Part shown: positions 1-9,152 of the stretch, one piece after another | Layout of the letters: each line of letters begins with the position of its first letter | Numbering within the stretch: the stretch's first letter is position 1 | IMG/VR virus record: IMGVR_UViG_3300036815_000017 | Span: 1 to 24,605 of that record | From: a virus | Taxonomy: Duplodnaviria > Caudoviricetes | Strand: one strand, 5' to 3' | DNA: 24,605 nt | The notes under the pieces: model-generated | Databases searched by the model: none | Told to the model about the DNA's origin: nothing | What the model saw: the letters and a program-made list of their open reading frames with translations, nothing else | Translations under genes and position numbers: made by a program

Positions 1-997
1 CTTCAGAAGGATCCGGGCCCTTAGCAGCTTTAAATAATGCAGTGTATAAAATAGCGCTTGTAGCTGCAGCTGCAAGGGCAACCATGTTGAACCGCATCAA
101 TCCTTGCGTGATCATCATTGTCATATTCTGTAAATCTTTCATTTTTGCAGTTGGTCCCAACATTTTAAGAGCTAATACTGATGCGTTACCGGCGTTAGCT
201 AACTTATTTAACGAGTCTGCAGCTTTTAAACCGGCGCTATTGATCGTATATAGCGGATTAGCCATACGTTTATAGTTTTCACTTATACGAGTTGCCTGCG
301 TGGTCATATTCTGCATGTAACCTACTTGCTGTAGCATTCCCATCATAGCTAGTCGATTCGCGTTTATCGCGTCATCAGCTGCTTTTTTCTGCGCTTTACC
401 TAACGCTTGCACTTCAGACATGAATTGTTTTGTTGAACCTGCGTAATCTTTAGATGATTGTGCTAATTTGAAATAACCATACTGCACTTCAACCATAGCG
501 CCTTTTTGTTTCATCATCGCTTGATGCTGTTGCATATAACCCTGTTTCATTTCGGTATACATTTCCCTTTGACGCTGCGTCATCGAGTTGTATAGCGCTT
601 GTTGTTCTCTTCTTGAATTATAATAAGAACGCGTAGCTCTACCGTTTGAACTCTCTGTTATATCTGCCATGTGGCGAACAGCTTCAGCTTCTGCATGTCT
701 AGCTTGAGCGGATTGTCGAGAGCTATCAACAGAACGTCTATTAGCTTCTACAGTAGCGTTCGCTGCTGCTCTTGTTGTATTTCCTGACCTAGCTGCAGAC
801 TGCGCCATATCGTCGTATGCGCGCCTTGCTTGGTTGCTAGTGTCTCTTAATTGACTAGCCATTTCTCTGTTAGCTTCCCGTCCTGCTTGACCCATGTTAT
901 TTCCGACTTGTTCTAGTTCTCTATTAACCTGTTGAACGTCGCGTCGTAAATTACTCCTGTCTAACCTGGTTTCTATTTCAACTCTTCCATCAGCCAT
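1..997 (-). CDS. Tail tape measure protein, N-terminal part (runs off window)
   Basis: Not in ORF track. ATG at 997 after AGGTGA SD, reads MADGRVEIETRLD..., open to window edge, Ala/Gln/Met-rich helical sequence, follows tail chaperones. Confidence 0.9.
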   Translation of the reverse strand, partial: MADGRVEIETRLDRSNLRRDVQQVNRELEQVGNNMGQAGREANREMASQLRDTSNQARRAYDDMAQSAARSGNTTRAAANATVEANRRSVDSSRQSAQARHAEAEAVRHMADITESSNGRATRSYYNSRREQQALYNSMTQRQREMYTEMKQGYMQQHQAMMKQKGAMVEVQYGYFKLAQSSKDYAGSTKQFMSEVQALGKAQKKAADDAINANRLAMMGMLQQVGYMQNMTTQATRISENYKRMANPLYTINSAGLKAADSLNKLANAGNASVLALKMLGPTAKMKDLQNMTMMITQGLMRFNMVALAAAATSAILYTALFKAAKGPDPSE

Positions 998-1001
998 TAT
1001 G

Positions 1002-1652
1002 TCACCTACCTTCAATCATGGCTTTCTTCGCTTTCATGCTCTTCTGGAATTCGATGAACTCGCGTTGTTCTCTGATTTCTTTAGCTTTCGGAAGCTCGTA
1101 TATCTCTTTCATGTTCTTAATACGCTTTCTTTCGTCGGCGTTGTGTTTATCTTTTTGCGGTATTTCACAAGTGCGATAATGAAGTGCTTGACCCATTGGA
1201 GACTTTTCAGAAAGGTTACGGAAGAGAGCTAAAAACTTGTTCCACTGCATTTTCCCTTGCTGCTCGATTAAATCAATAGTGTAGTCAAATAAAAAAGATG
1301 AAAAAATCCGTTCTGCGTCTATCTTGAAGTCAACAATAGGCAGTTCCGATAGTTTTTCATCTTCTTTTTCTTTGTTATCGTTATTCATTAACGTTTTCAA
1401 ATCAATATCTAATCTTGCTTTCAAAACATCCATGAATAGCATTGATTTCTGTTCCGTGTCTAACTGTTTTAAAAGCTCTCTTTCTATGACTAGCATGTGC
1501 AACGCGATATCTATTCTTGCATATTCATTTACATCTTCGTCAGATAGTAAATCGAGCAACGATATGATGTTATCAAACGACAAATTCAATTCTAAACGAA
1601 CGCCATGCCATGTATAAAAGTCATTTTCGCGTTCTGTTAGTGAAAACATCAT
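1002..1652 (-). CDS. Gp15-family tail assembly protein (A118 gp15-like)
   Basis: DFKIDAERIFSSF...YTIDL...MQWNKFLALF motif, position just before tape measure. Confidence 0.85.
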   Translation of the reverse strand: MMFSLTERENDFYTWHGVRLELNLSFDNIISLLDLLSDEDVNEYARIDIALHMLVIERELLKQLDTEQKSMLFMDVLKARLDIDLKTLMNNDNKEKEDEKLSELPIVDFKIDAERIFSSFLFDYTIDLIEQQGKMQWNKFLALFRNLSEKSPMGQALHYRTCEIPQKDKHNADERKRIKNMKEIYELPKAKEIREQREFIEFQKSMKAKKAMIEGR

Positions 1653-2050
1653 TTCTTCACATTGCTTAGATATTTATCGCGAGCGTTATCGGCTTTCTTT
1701 TTCTCTTCATCAATGTAAAGTTCGTTTAGATAATGAACAAGTGACATTAGGTTTGTTGATGATTTACCAGCTTTTTTATATAACTCTTCGAAAGATCCTT
1801 CTCCTAAGAATGTTTCGACAATCGCTTTCACGACTTCTTTTTGTTTTTCTGCTGTTTCTTCAATAACTTCATCTGTAGCCGCATCGAAATCAACGATACT
1901 ATCCGTTACAACTTTGATTTCTTTATCGAATCGTTTGAATGCCTTTTGATATTTCGTTAAAGCTGCATCATCAAAATCAACTCGGTATAATTTACCTGCT
2001 ACGTCTACTTCTTTATAGGTCTTTTCAAATTCAAATTTAAAGTTTGTCAT
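1649..2050 (-). CDS. Tail assembly chaperone
   Basis: Between tail tube and Gp15 genes. ATG 2050 preferred (GGAGAG SD at 2059-2064). ATGA overlap with next gene. Confidence 0.75.
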   Translation of the reverse strand: MTNFKFEFEKTYKEVDVAGKLYRVDFDDAALTKYQKAFKRFDKEIKVVTDSIVDFDAATDEVIEETAEKQKEVVKAIVETFLGEGSFEELYKKAGKSSTNLMSLVHYLNELYIDEEKKKADNARDKYLSNVKK

Positions 2051-2081
2051 TCTATTCACTCTCCGTTTTTATAATTTATTC

Positions 2082-2111
2082 AAAGAAAAAAGAGCCATAT
2101 TATCGGCTCTT
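2082..2111 (-). terminator. Intrinsic terminator after major tail gene
   Basis: Minus strand AAGAGCC-gataatat-GGCTCTT followed by TTTTCTTT. Confidence 0.75.
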
Positions 2112-2113
2112 AA

Positions 2114-2566
2114 TTAAGGTTTTACAGGTGCTTTTGTTAATAGTGGAATACCATCAAAACTGATTGTGAATTCAATTTCGCCCTTGCTATTAGCGTCGCC
2201 TCCAGGATTTTTTATTTCAGAAATGGTTGCTCTGCCTTCCCATTTGTCTCCATTCGGCTCAGTAACCCTGAACTCAGTTTTACGTTCTGGTCCTACTTTG
2301 TGAGTTTTGCTAAAGATATAATCCTGCGCTTTATCGCCATAATATCTATGTCCTTCAAATCCATATCCCATCATAAACCCAGTAATGTCACGTTCAGCTG
2401 CACCACCACCATTATAGTAATAGTTTTCTTCTGATTCTTCATTGTTATCAGGATCAACAGATGTAATACCAGCTGCTAATCGTTCCCATGTAGCTACTTC
2501 TATACCCGATGTAGTGTTAAGTTCAAATTTATACCCATGATTCAATAAAAAACCTTGATCTGCCAT
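2114..2566 (-). CDS. Major tail (tube) protein
   Basis: 150 aa beta-rich, GGDANSKGEIEFTISFDG-P C-terminal motif, synteny. Confidence 0.85.
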   Translation of the reverse strand: MADQGFLLNHGYKFELNTTSGIEVATWERLAAGITSVDPDNNEESEENYYYNGGGAAERDITGFMMGYGFEGHRYYGDKAQDYIFSKTHKVGPERKTEFRVTEPNGDKWEGRATISEIKNPGGDANSKGEIEFTISFDGIPLLTKAPVKP

Positions 2567-2569
2567 ATA

Positions 2570-2986
2570 TTAATTACCTCCTAATTCTGTAGTAAATAGC
2601 GCGGTGTATATCCACTCGTTAGCTGCTGTTTTCTCAACGAAAGAAGGCTCCACATACTTGTTTAGACGTATCAGAGTATAAGAACTATCTACACTATGAA
2701 ACTTGCGTCTATGGACGTTATGGAGAGCCTCTGCAATTACATCTATACTTTCCATCGCTTCTAATTGGTTATCACTCTTAACAAGCACTTGAAACTGCTT
2801 ATTTATAATCTCACCTTCGAAATACTGGTCGCCCAAAGCTGATGGAATCATACGAACAGCGATACTCTTTTTCGGTTTATTGTTTGTCCCTATATCCAAC
2901 ATGTCAGCTTTAACCGGAGCAAACATTATTGATGGTGAAAAATTGCTAGTTAAATGGTTTTTAATAGAATCAATCAACCATTTCAT
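2570..2986 (-). CDS. Tail completion/terminator protein (A118 'minor capsid' family)
   Basis: Synteny just upstream of tail tube. ATG 2986 has AGGTGA SD. Confidence 0.7.
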   Translation of the reverse strand: MKWLIDSIKNHLTSNFSPSIMFAPVKADMLDIGTNNKPKKSIAVRMIPSALGDQYFEGEIINKQFQVLVKSDNQLEAMESIDVIAEALHNVHRRKFHSVDSSYTLIRLNKYVEPSFVEKTAANEWIYTALFTTELGGN

Positions 2987-2995
2987 ATGAATCAC

Positions 2996-3346
2996 CTACA
3001 GATTTTCTTTCATTTTTTGTTCGACTATTTGAACCCAATTATCTAATTTAGCAGCTTTTGCGGCTTCTAGCCAAAGACCCTGAGCATTAGGGTTAGTGTC
3101 GGTTGAGAACGAATATTGTGGATTCCAGTAGAGCCTCCGCGCGTACGGATTGTTCCATTCTATATGCCCTTCACCCGGTTTGCTAAATCTAACACCCGAA
3201 CGCTCTAACTCACCAGTATCTTTAGGGATATAGTAATTACTATCCTTCAGCACTTGTTGATCCAGGGCGAATTGCGCTTTTTCAGTCGCTTTTAATACCT
3301 TACTTTCAATCGCTTGTGTGTCCAACTGAATATTTACTCTTATCAA
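2996..3346 (-). CDS. Neck/tail-completion protein (A118 gp10-like 'minor capsid')
   Basis: YIPKDTGELERS and NNPYARRLY motifs. Confidence 0.8.
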   Translation of the reverse strand: MIRVNIQLDTQAIESKVLKATEKAQFALDQQVLKDSNYYIPKDTGELERSGVRFSKPGEGHIEWNNPYARRLYWNPQYSFSTDTNPNAQGLWLEAAKAAKLDNWVQIVEQKMKENL

Positions 3347-3678
3347 ACTAAAAGCACCTCCACATGATGAAGACTACTTCTATCATAAAAGTCACTAACT
3401 TTGCTAACGGTCATTTCTTTTCCGTCGAAGACTACTTTCGATTTCTCCTTGAATACAACCGGAGTGGAATGTACAGAGTCATGAAATAGCAGAGTATTAG
3501 TAACAAGACTCTCGCCGTTTCCGTTAGAAACAACGTTTTTCTTAGGTTCAACTCTTACTCTTTCAATCTTCTTAGCAGGAGCGTAGTTTTCACTACCACT
3601 CCACGTGTCGCCCTCTCCGATATATTCAAGATAATCTACAGTGTGTATTAGCAGTGATAAGCGAATAGGTTTAGCCAT
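3343..3678 (-). CDS. Head closure protein (A118 gp9-like)
   Basis: Synteny, C-terminal HHVEVLLV motif. Confidence 0.75.
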   Translation of the reverse strand: MAKPIRLSLLIHTVDYLEYIGEGDTWSGSENYAPAKKIERVRVEPKKNVVSNGNGESLVTNTLLFHDSVHSTPVVFKEKSKVVFDGKEMTVSKVSDFYDRSSLHHVEVLLV

Positions 3679-4072
3679 AGACGCTCACACCTGCGTAAAG
3701 TAAGCCAGTAGGCTTTAAGTAATCCACAACAGTAATAGCGTATCTGTCGTAGTGGCTTGGACCTTCAGCCGCTCCTGCGCTCATACCATTTTCAGAGTAA
3801 GAACCAACTGAAAATCCTCCACCACCTTCACTTACAGTTGCAGAAGTTTCACCATTAATAGCTAGAAACTCAACTTGAGCAGCTGTAGCTTTCTTTACCT
3901 GCTTCTTAATAAAAGGCGCCAACATATCGATGTCAACGCCTTCCAATTTATAATTTATAACGTGGTCGATTTGGTCACTAGCGCGATTAATTAACCTATC
4001 TAATAGCAATGCATCCGTTACTGGAGTGCCTTTGTATTCGTTATTGTAGTAATCAGCATCTATATACGGCAT
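3671..4072 (-). CDS. Head-tail adaptor/connector protein
   Basis: MPYIDADYY...RASDQID...VKKATAAQVEF...YLKPTGLLYAGV pattern. Confidence 0.8.
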   Translation of the reverse strand: MPYIDADYYNNEYKGTPVTDALLLDRLINRASDQIDHVINYKLEGVDIDMLAPFIKKQVKKATAAQVEFLAINGETSATVSEGGGGFSVGSYSENGMSAGAAEGPSHYDRYAITVVDYLKPTGLLYAGVSVYG

Positions 4073-4080
4073 GTGATCAC

Positions 4081-4320
4081 CTACTTAGCAGCAGTTTTTT
4101 TCGGTGCTTTTAAATCAGCTACTTCTTGTTCTAACTCTTCAATACGGTCGAGGGCTTTGTTATATTCACCTAACGTGACGTTGCGACCGCCCGTCGCATG
4201 TTTGATTACTTTACCTTCTTCAGTAATCTGATTGAATCCATCATTCAGATAACTAGCAAGAAAGTCTTTTTCGATGTGCAATACTTTATTCAATCGTTGC
4301 ACTTTTACCGTGTTACTCAT
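4081..4320 (-). CDS. Small head-module protein with C-terminal coiled coil
   Basis: ORF with SD between capsid and adaptor genes. Confidence 0.7.
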   Translation of the reverse strand: MSNTVKVQRLNKVLHIEKDFLASYLNDGFNQITEEGKVIKHATGGRNVTLGEYNKALDRIEELEQEVADLKAPKKTAAK

Positions 4321-4342
4321 TTAACACCATTCCTTTCGTAAT

Positions 4343-4375
4343 AAGAAAAAAGAGAAGCTGAAAAAACTTCTCTTT
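4343..4375 (-). terminator. Intrinsic terminator after major capsid gene
   Basis: AAAGAGAAG/CTTCTCTTT stem followed by TTTCTT on minus strand. Confidence 0.7.
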
Positions 4376-5267
4376 AGGCAGTAGTGATATTGAATTTAAC
4401 ACCTGCTACTTTTGCACCTAGGATGAATACATCCCAGTATTTGCGCTCGTAGTAAAGGTATTTACCGCCAGTAGCAGCGCTTGGAGTATCTAAGTCAACG
4501 AACTCGTATTTTTGTGGAGATACAACTGCTAAAGGATGAACTAAGATCATGTTGATTTGTTTTGCAGCAGCATCCGGAACAGCACCATTCGTAAAGTTGT
4601 AAGCTGTTTTCATGCGAGAAGAAGGAACAGTAACAATTGTCACATCGTCTAATGAGTACACGTTACGGTTGATGTCTTTCCCGCCACCTGCAACTTCTAA
4701 CGTACGTTGGATTCCTTCTGCTTCTTTTAATAACTTTTTAACAGCAGGAGTTGCATAAAGTAAACGACCATCTTGTGGCACTTCTGCTTCATCCTGTTCT
4801 AACATCATTTGATCAAATACACCTAAAATGTTTGCAGCAGTTAATACCGTAGCATCTGCAGTTTTACCTGCTCCAGTGAATTCAGAATATAATTTTGAAG
4901 CCATGTATTTATCATGCTCAGGAATGCTCTCTTCGTTAAGGAATACACGTGTAATGTTAGCGATAGATACAGCCATGTTAGTTTCATCGATATCTACTGG
5001 ATCGACTAAAGTACGGAACTCACGGTCATGACTTAAAGTTTTCGGTTCAAATGAGTTATCAACACGGCGAGTGTAGTTTCCTACAACGTCACGGTTAACG
5101 TCTGTGTATCCACCTACTTTGATGCTTGGGATTTGAATCGTTTTAGGACCTGTCCATTTAACGATATTGTTGTTAGGTGTGTTGTATAACGCACCAAATG
5201 CAGCGCCTTGTGCAAATTTTTGTACTAATGCCTCTTGATATTGTGCAGCGTAATTCAATGTAGCCAT
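4374..5267 (-). CDS. Major capsid protein
   Basis: 297 aa after scaffold, strong codon bias, TLSHDREF...VDPVDIDET...IPEHDKY motifs. Confidence 0.92.
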   Translation of the reverse strand: MATLNYAAQYQEALVQKFAQGAAFGALYNTPNNNIVKWTGPKTIQIPSIKVGGYTDVNRDVVGNYTRRVDNSFEPKTLSHDREFRTLVDPVDIDETNMAVSIANITRVFLNEESIPEHDKYMASKLYSEFTGAGKTADATVLTAANILGVFDQMMLEQDEAEVPQDGRLLYATPAVKKLLKEAEGIQRTLEVAGGGKDINRNVYSLDDVTIVTVPSSRMKTAYNFTNGAVPDAAAKQINMILVHPLAVVSPQKYEFVDLDTPSAATGGKYLYYERKYWDVFILGAKVAGVKFNITTA

Positions 5268-5296
5268 TAATAAATCACTCCTATTTTCATATTGTT

Positions 5297-5935
5297 TTAG
5301 ATAAGTTTAAATGCTGAAGCCCATTGCTCTGCTTCAGTCGACGTTTTCTTTTGGTGTTGGCCAGTTGTAAATGTAGGCTTTGGAGATCCTTGTGGTTCTT
5401 CCACTACACCTTTAAAATGAGGAAACTCTTCGACTACCATTTCGATAGCCTTCGTAATGTCTACATCATCACTAACCTTAGTTTTTGCTAGAGTAATAAC
5501 TGCATTTAAGTTATTTTCTTCTTTTATATCTAATTTAAGCGCGGCTATTTGTGCCTGAGCATTAAAAAGAGACTCATCTTTTTCTTTCAACTGAGTCTCA
5601 AAGGTTGTTAATTTTTCATTTGTCTTTTCTTGCTCTGTTTTAAGAGAATCTTGGTGCTCATTCCAACCTTTTACGGTTTGTTTCAGCTGATCTAAATTCT
5701 CTACGCCTAACTTCTTCAAGAACGCCGCTTCCTGTTGTTGTTTAACTTCATCCATCTGCTCTTGCGTAAAAGTAACAGGTGGTTCTGGATTCACTGGCGG
5801 TGTAGTTTCTGGTGTCACTACATTTGGTTCACCTCCTTCCGGTGCAGGTGGTGTTGCGTTTGGATCTTCGGAAAAATGTTGCATTCCTTTTCCTTCTTGT
5901 TTCAAACTCAATCTATAATTTAATGGTTTTGTCAT
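5297..5935 (-). CDS. Capsid scaffolding protein
   Basis: Pro/acidic N-terminus, FTQEQ motif, coiled coil, immediately upstream of capsid gene. Confidence 0.85.
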   Translation of the reverse strand: MTKPLNYRLSLKQEGKGMQHFSEDPNATPPAPEGGEPNVVTPETTPPVNPEPPVTFTQEQMDEVKQQQEAAFLKKLGVENLDQLKQTVKGWNEHQDSLKTEQEKTNEKLTTFETQLKEKDESLFNAQAQIAALKLDIKEENNLNAVITLAKTKVSDDVDITKAIEMVVEEFPHFKGVVEEPQGSPKPTFTTGQHQKKTSTEAEQWASAFKLI

Positions 5936-5959
5936 TTTGTTCTGCTCCTCTCTCCTTAA

Positions 5960-6232
5960 TTATTTAACGATATCCCAATCTTCTGCTAAAGCATCTGAAG
6001 TACTTGGTGCCCACATTGCATGCGTACCATCTGCACATCGTAATTGTAAGTAAGGGCGCACTTTGAATAAATCACCTTCATTTAATCCCCATGCTTCAGC
6101 AGTTTGTTTGTTACAAGGAATACCATCTGGATATCCCTTTTGATAAACAACAAACATGTTTTTACCATTCCAACCCTTACGAGAAATCTTTTCGCCTGTC
6201 TTAACTGCTTCAATTGCTTGTCCGAAGTTCAT
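5960..6232 (-). CDS. tad2: DUF2829 / Tad2-like signalling-nucleotide sponge protein
   Basis: MNFGQAIEAVK-G-KISRKGWNGKNMF...PYL...W-PS-SD-LAEDW signature. Confidence 0.85.
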   Translation of the reverse strand: MNFGQAIEAVKTGEKISRKGWNGKNMFVVYQKGYPDGIPCNKQTAEAWGLNEGDLFKVRPYLQLRCADGTHAMWAPSTSDALAEDWDIVK

Positions 6233-6444
6233 TATTCAGCAACCTCCCAATTCTCAGCGAATAGTTCAATCATTGTCTCTTTCCAAGGGACTCTTCCGAA
6301 ACGACTCTCTACATATAAATAAGGAGCAGTCATTTTGCTATGTTCATCAGGGAACTGTGCACGAATAACAACATCTTCGCTCCATTGTGGCAATCGCATT
6401 CCTTTACCTTTTTTCACTTCTTCAAATGCTTGTCCAAAACTCAT
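6232..6444 (-). CDS. Divergent short DUF2829/Tad2-like protein
   Basis: MSFGQAFEEVKKGKGMR..W...PYLY...VPW......LFAENW pattern aligns by eye with the neighbour. TAATG overlap. Confidence 0.7.
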   Translation of the reverse strand: MSFGQAFEEVKKGKGMRLPQWSEDVVIRAQFPDEHSKMTAPYLYVESRFGRVPWKETMIELFAENWEVAE

Positions 6445-6465
6445 ACATAATTCCTCCTAATCTTA

Positions 6466-7638
6466 TTAATTAGCTTTTTTCTTCTTTTTTACATCCACTA
6501 TATTCTCTCTATAACGTCTTCTTGTTCGTTTAGCCTTAGTTAGGAAATTTACTAGTTCCCCTTCGAGTGCGGCTATCTTTCCTTTTGATTCAGCTATGCC
6601 TTCTTTGCTACCTATTTCTTGCATCATCTTCAGTTTCAACTTTTCTTTTCGAATAGCACGTTCAAATGCTCGTTGCTTTTGGCTATCTTTGTATGCTTTT
6701 TCGGTTTCTTCTAGGTCATAAGGTTGATACGTTTGTCTGCTTGTACCTTCAATGAACGGATACGTTACATGTCGGCAATTAATTCCTAATATGGCATCTG
6801 GTTCGCCATAACCAGTAGAGGACCAAGCGGGATACTTAGCGCTTTTTCCGCTTCTATCAAATATACGCCCTTGAACTAAGGCACATTTGGGACGCGCATC
6901 CTTATGGCTACTAACTTCAATCAAATCAACTTTGTAATCGTCCATTCTTTTGAATTGCATTTCATTCGCAACTTTTTGACTTGTTGTCCGTGTTACCATA
7001 TTGACGTATGCAGTTGTACTCCATTTACGTCCCGCAGAATCCGTTAAGGCTGGAATTCCCTTTTCTGCCCATTCTGTAACAGTTCTTTTCAATACCTCTT
7101 GATGTGTAATCGTACCAGTTAGTAATTTACCTACATTCCTGTTAATTACATCCCTATACATCTGTTGCGAATGATTCAACATAGTCGTATTAACCAGATT
7201 AAGCGTGCTTTTCGCTTGATTTTGATACGTTTGCAATATATCAAAAACTGACAAACTCTCCATTGTTGTCTGCATCGCTGGAACTGAACCTGATATCGCT
7301 GCGCCTTTTACTGATTCTTCTACTGCTTTTTTTAAAATTTCATCAGTTCGTTCTAAAGCCGTATATCCAGCATCTTTAATCATCTTATTTACTTCGCTTG
7401 ATGTTTTACCTGAATGCTTTGCAATGACTGTAATTTGTTCTTGAGTGAGGTTTCCCAACTTCCTTAACTGGACTAATCTCCAATGCTGATATGCAGTTCC
7501 ATCTTCAGCTATTAATAAAAGTTCTTTACCTTCGTTAAGCACCCTCGCCATGTTAAGTAGTAACTCTTCTTCGATAGCATTATAAATCTCAACCACTGGA
7601 TCTGATAATTTTTCTAACTGTTCCGGTGTAAGAGCCAT
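6466..7638 (-). CDS. Phage minor capsid / head morphogenesis protein
   Basis: VSSH--ARPKC---QGRIF and GINCRH--YPF motifs, follows portal. Confidence 0.88.
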   Translation of the reverse strand: MALTPEQLEKLSDPVVEIYNAIEEELLLNMARVLNEGKELLLIAEDGTAYQHWRLVQLRKLGNLTQEQITVIAKHSGKTSSEVNKMIKDAGYTALERTDEILKKAVEESVKGAAISGSVPAMQTTMESLSVFDILQTYQNQAKSTLNLVNTTMLNHSQQMYRDVINRNVGKLLTGTITHQEVLKRTVTEWAEKGIPALTDSAGRKWSTTAYVNMVTRTTSQKVANEMQFKRMDDYKVDLIEVSSHKDARPKCALVQGRIFDRSGKSAKYPAWSSTGYGEPDAILGINCRHVTYPFIEGTSRQTYQPYDLEETEKAYKDSQKQRAFERAIRKEKLKLKMMQEIGSKEGIAESKGKIAALEGELVNFLTKAKRTRRRYRENIVDVKKKKKAN

Positions 7639-9140
7639 TACTCTTCGTTACTTTCACTTTTCGATTGAGGAGCGGTATCTGATCCGAATAAATCAACCAT
7701 TTCGGGTAACATCACTTTATTTTCTTCTAGTATCTCTTCTACGATTTTCTTCGCTTCCTCTTCAGAAACACCATGAATCTTCATAATGGCTAACTTCTTA
7801 GTAGTTAAACCATTCATAACAAGCGTAACTTGCTTGTTAATCTCTGCCGTCTGATCTTCGGCTATAGAGTCATCAAAGGTGACAGTAACTTCATAATTAT
7901 CAGTACTCTTAAATTCATCATATAGAGCGGCGATTTCGATAATGATATCAACTAAATCACGAATGCCATCTTCAATGATTGTTTCATGCGATTGCTTTGT
8001 TCTAAATGTCTTGGAGTTCTCACTTACAACCTCTGTTGCTGTTTTAACTCCTTGCCCATCAAAGCTAAATGCTCCAGCAGAGAAACCGACTTGCATCGAT
8101 ACATAGTTTAATAGTGCATTAATAGCAGCAGTATGCTCTTCCACACGTAATTCTACAGATATATCTTTTATACTCTGCTCTCCATCATCGAATTTCATAG
8201 CTTCATATACTTCATCAGTCGAATCAAAATATCTATGTGGCATACCTGATATTGGATCTATAACGGTTTTTATTGCTGAAGTTGGAACAATGATACGCTT
8301 TTTACCCAAAACGAATTCACGTTGGAAGCTATCAAACGCAATATCAAGTGATTTCAGTGTATCTAGTGAGTTAGCATATAGCGAAATTCCAAGTGGCGAA
8401 CTCAAATCTAAGTTGTTCGCTGTATTTGGTTTGAAGTAAACAAACATCGGTTTAGATAAGTCCTTGATACGTACTTCTTCTTCCAAATTAGGATATAGAG
8501 TCGATAAAGATACTTTTACACCTAAGTCACCTTGGTTCTTACTCTCATACAACTCGTTTTTAATTACATACTCTTCACCTTCAACTAAGTGCCATTCGAG
8601 CAATGTGTACTTCTTGTCACCTTTAGAAAGTTCATTTACAAATACGCCTTCAGTAATATGCTTATTGTCCCATGCTATAGGAATGAAACAGTCTGCTGTG
8701 ACATACGAAAGTTTGATTCCATTGTCCCAATAAACTTTAATGACCATGCCACCTAAAGCAAATGTGTACTCTAGATACCTTTGGAACTCTTTAATGAAGT
8801 TATTTTCATCCAGTGCATTCTTAATATCATCTGAAAGTGTTTTATCCGATATGTTAATTGAGCACTTCTCATTAAAGATAAGAGCAGCCATTTCCTGCGA
8901 TATGACCTTGGCCATATTTAGCGATGCCATCTTTCGACTTTTCTGCCCCTCAACCGTATGATACTTAACGTTATGCCAATCGTCATAATGACCACTGTAT
9001 ATAGCTTTCCATATATCAATTTGTTTATAGGATTCTTCGTTAATAGGTATCTCTTTTTTATCGGATATCTTCTTAATCCCTTTGATTAGTCCCATTTTAT
9101 ATAGCCACCCCCTTACTTTTGCAACGATGTTACCAAACAC
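7638..9140 (-). CDS. Portal protein (A118/SPP1-like)
   Basis: 500 aa after TerL, KTATEVVSENS and FDDS motifs. Confidence 0.92.
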   Translation of the reverse strand: MFGNIVAKVRGWLYKMGLIKGIKKISDKKEIPINEESYKQIDIWKAIYSGHYDDWHNVKYHTVEGQKSRKMASLNMAKVISQEMAALIFNEKCSINISDKTLSDDIKNALDENNFIKEFQRYLEYTFALGGMVIKVYWDNGIKLSYVTADCFIPIAWDNKHITEGVFVNELSKGDKKYTLLEWHLVEGEEYVIKNELYESKNQGDLGVKVSLSTLYPNLEEEVRIKDLSKPMFVYFKPNTANNLDLSSPLGISLYANSLDTLKSLDIAFDSFQREFVLGKKRIIVPTSAIKTVIDPISGMPHRYFDSTDEVYEAMKFDDGEQSIKDISVELRVEEHTAAINALLNYVSMQVGFSAGAFSFDGQGVKTATEVVSENSKTFRTKQSHETIIEDGIRDLVDIIIEIAALYDEFKSTDNYEVTVTFDDSIAEDQTAEINKQVTLVMNGLTTKKLAIMKIHGVSEEEAKKIVEEILEENKVMLPEMVDLFGSDTAPQSKSESNEE

Positions 9141-9152
9141 GTCTTCACCGCC

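Noticed and set aside
1649-1710. Lambda G/GT-type -1 frameshift between tail chaperones
   Set aside because: The -1 frame has a TAA about 8 codons before the Gp15 ATG, and no slippery heptamer lies after it. The ATGA overlap suffices.
2105-2122. +1 frameshift extension of the major tail protein (SPP1/A118 style)
   Set aside because: Gene ends CCT TAA but the +1 frame stops within three codons and a terminator follows.
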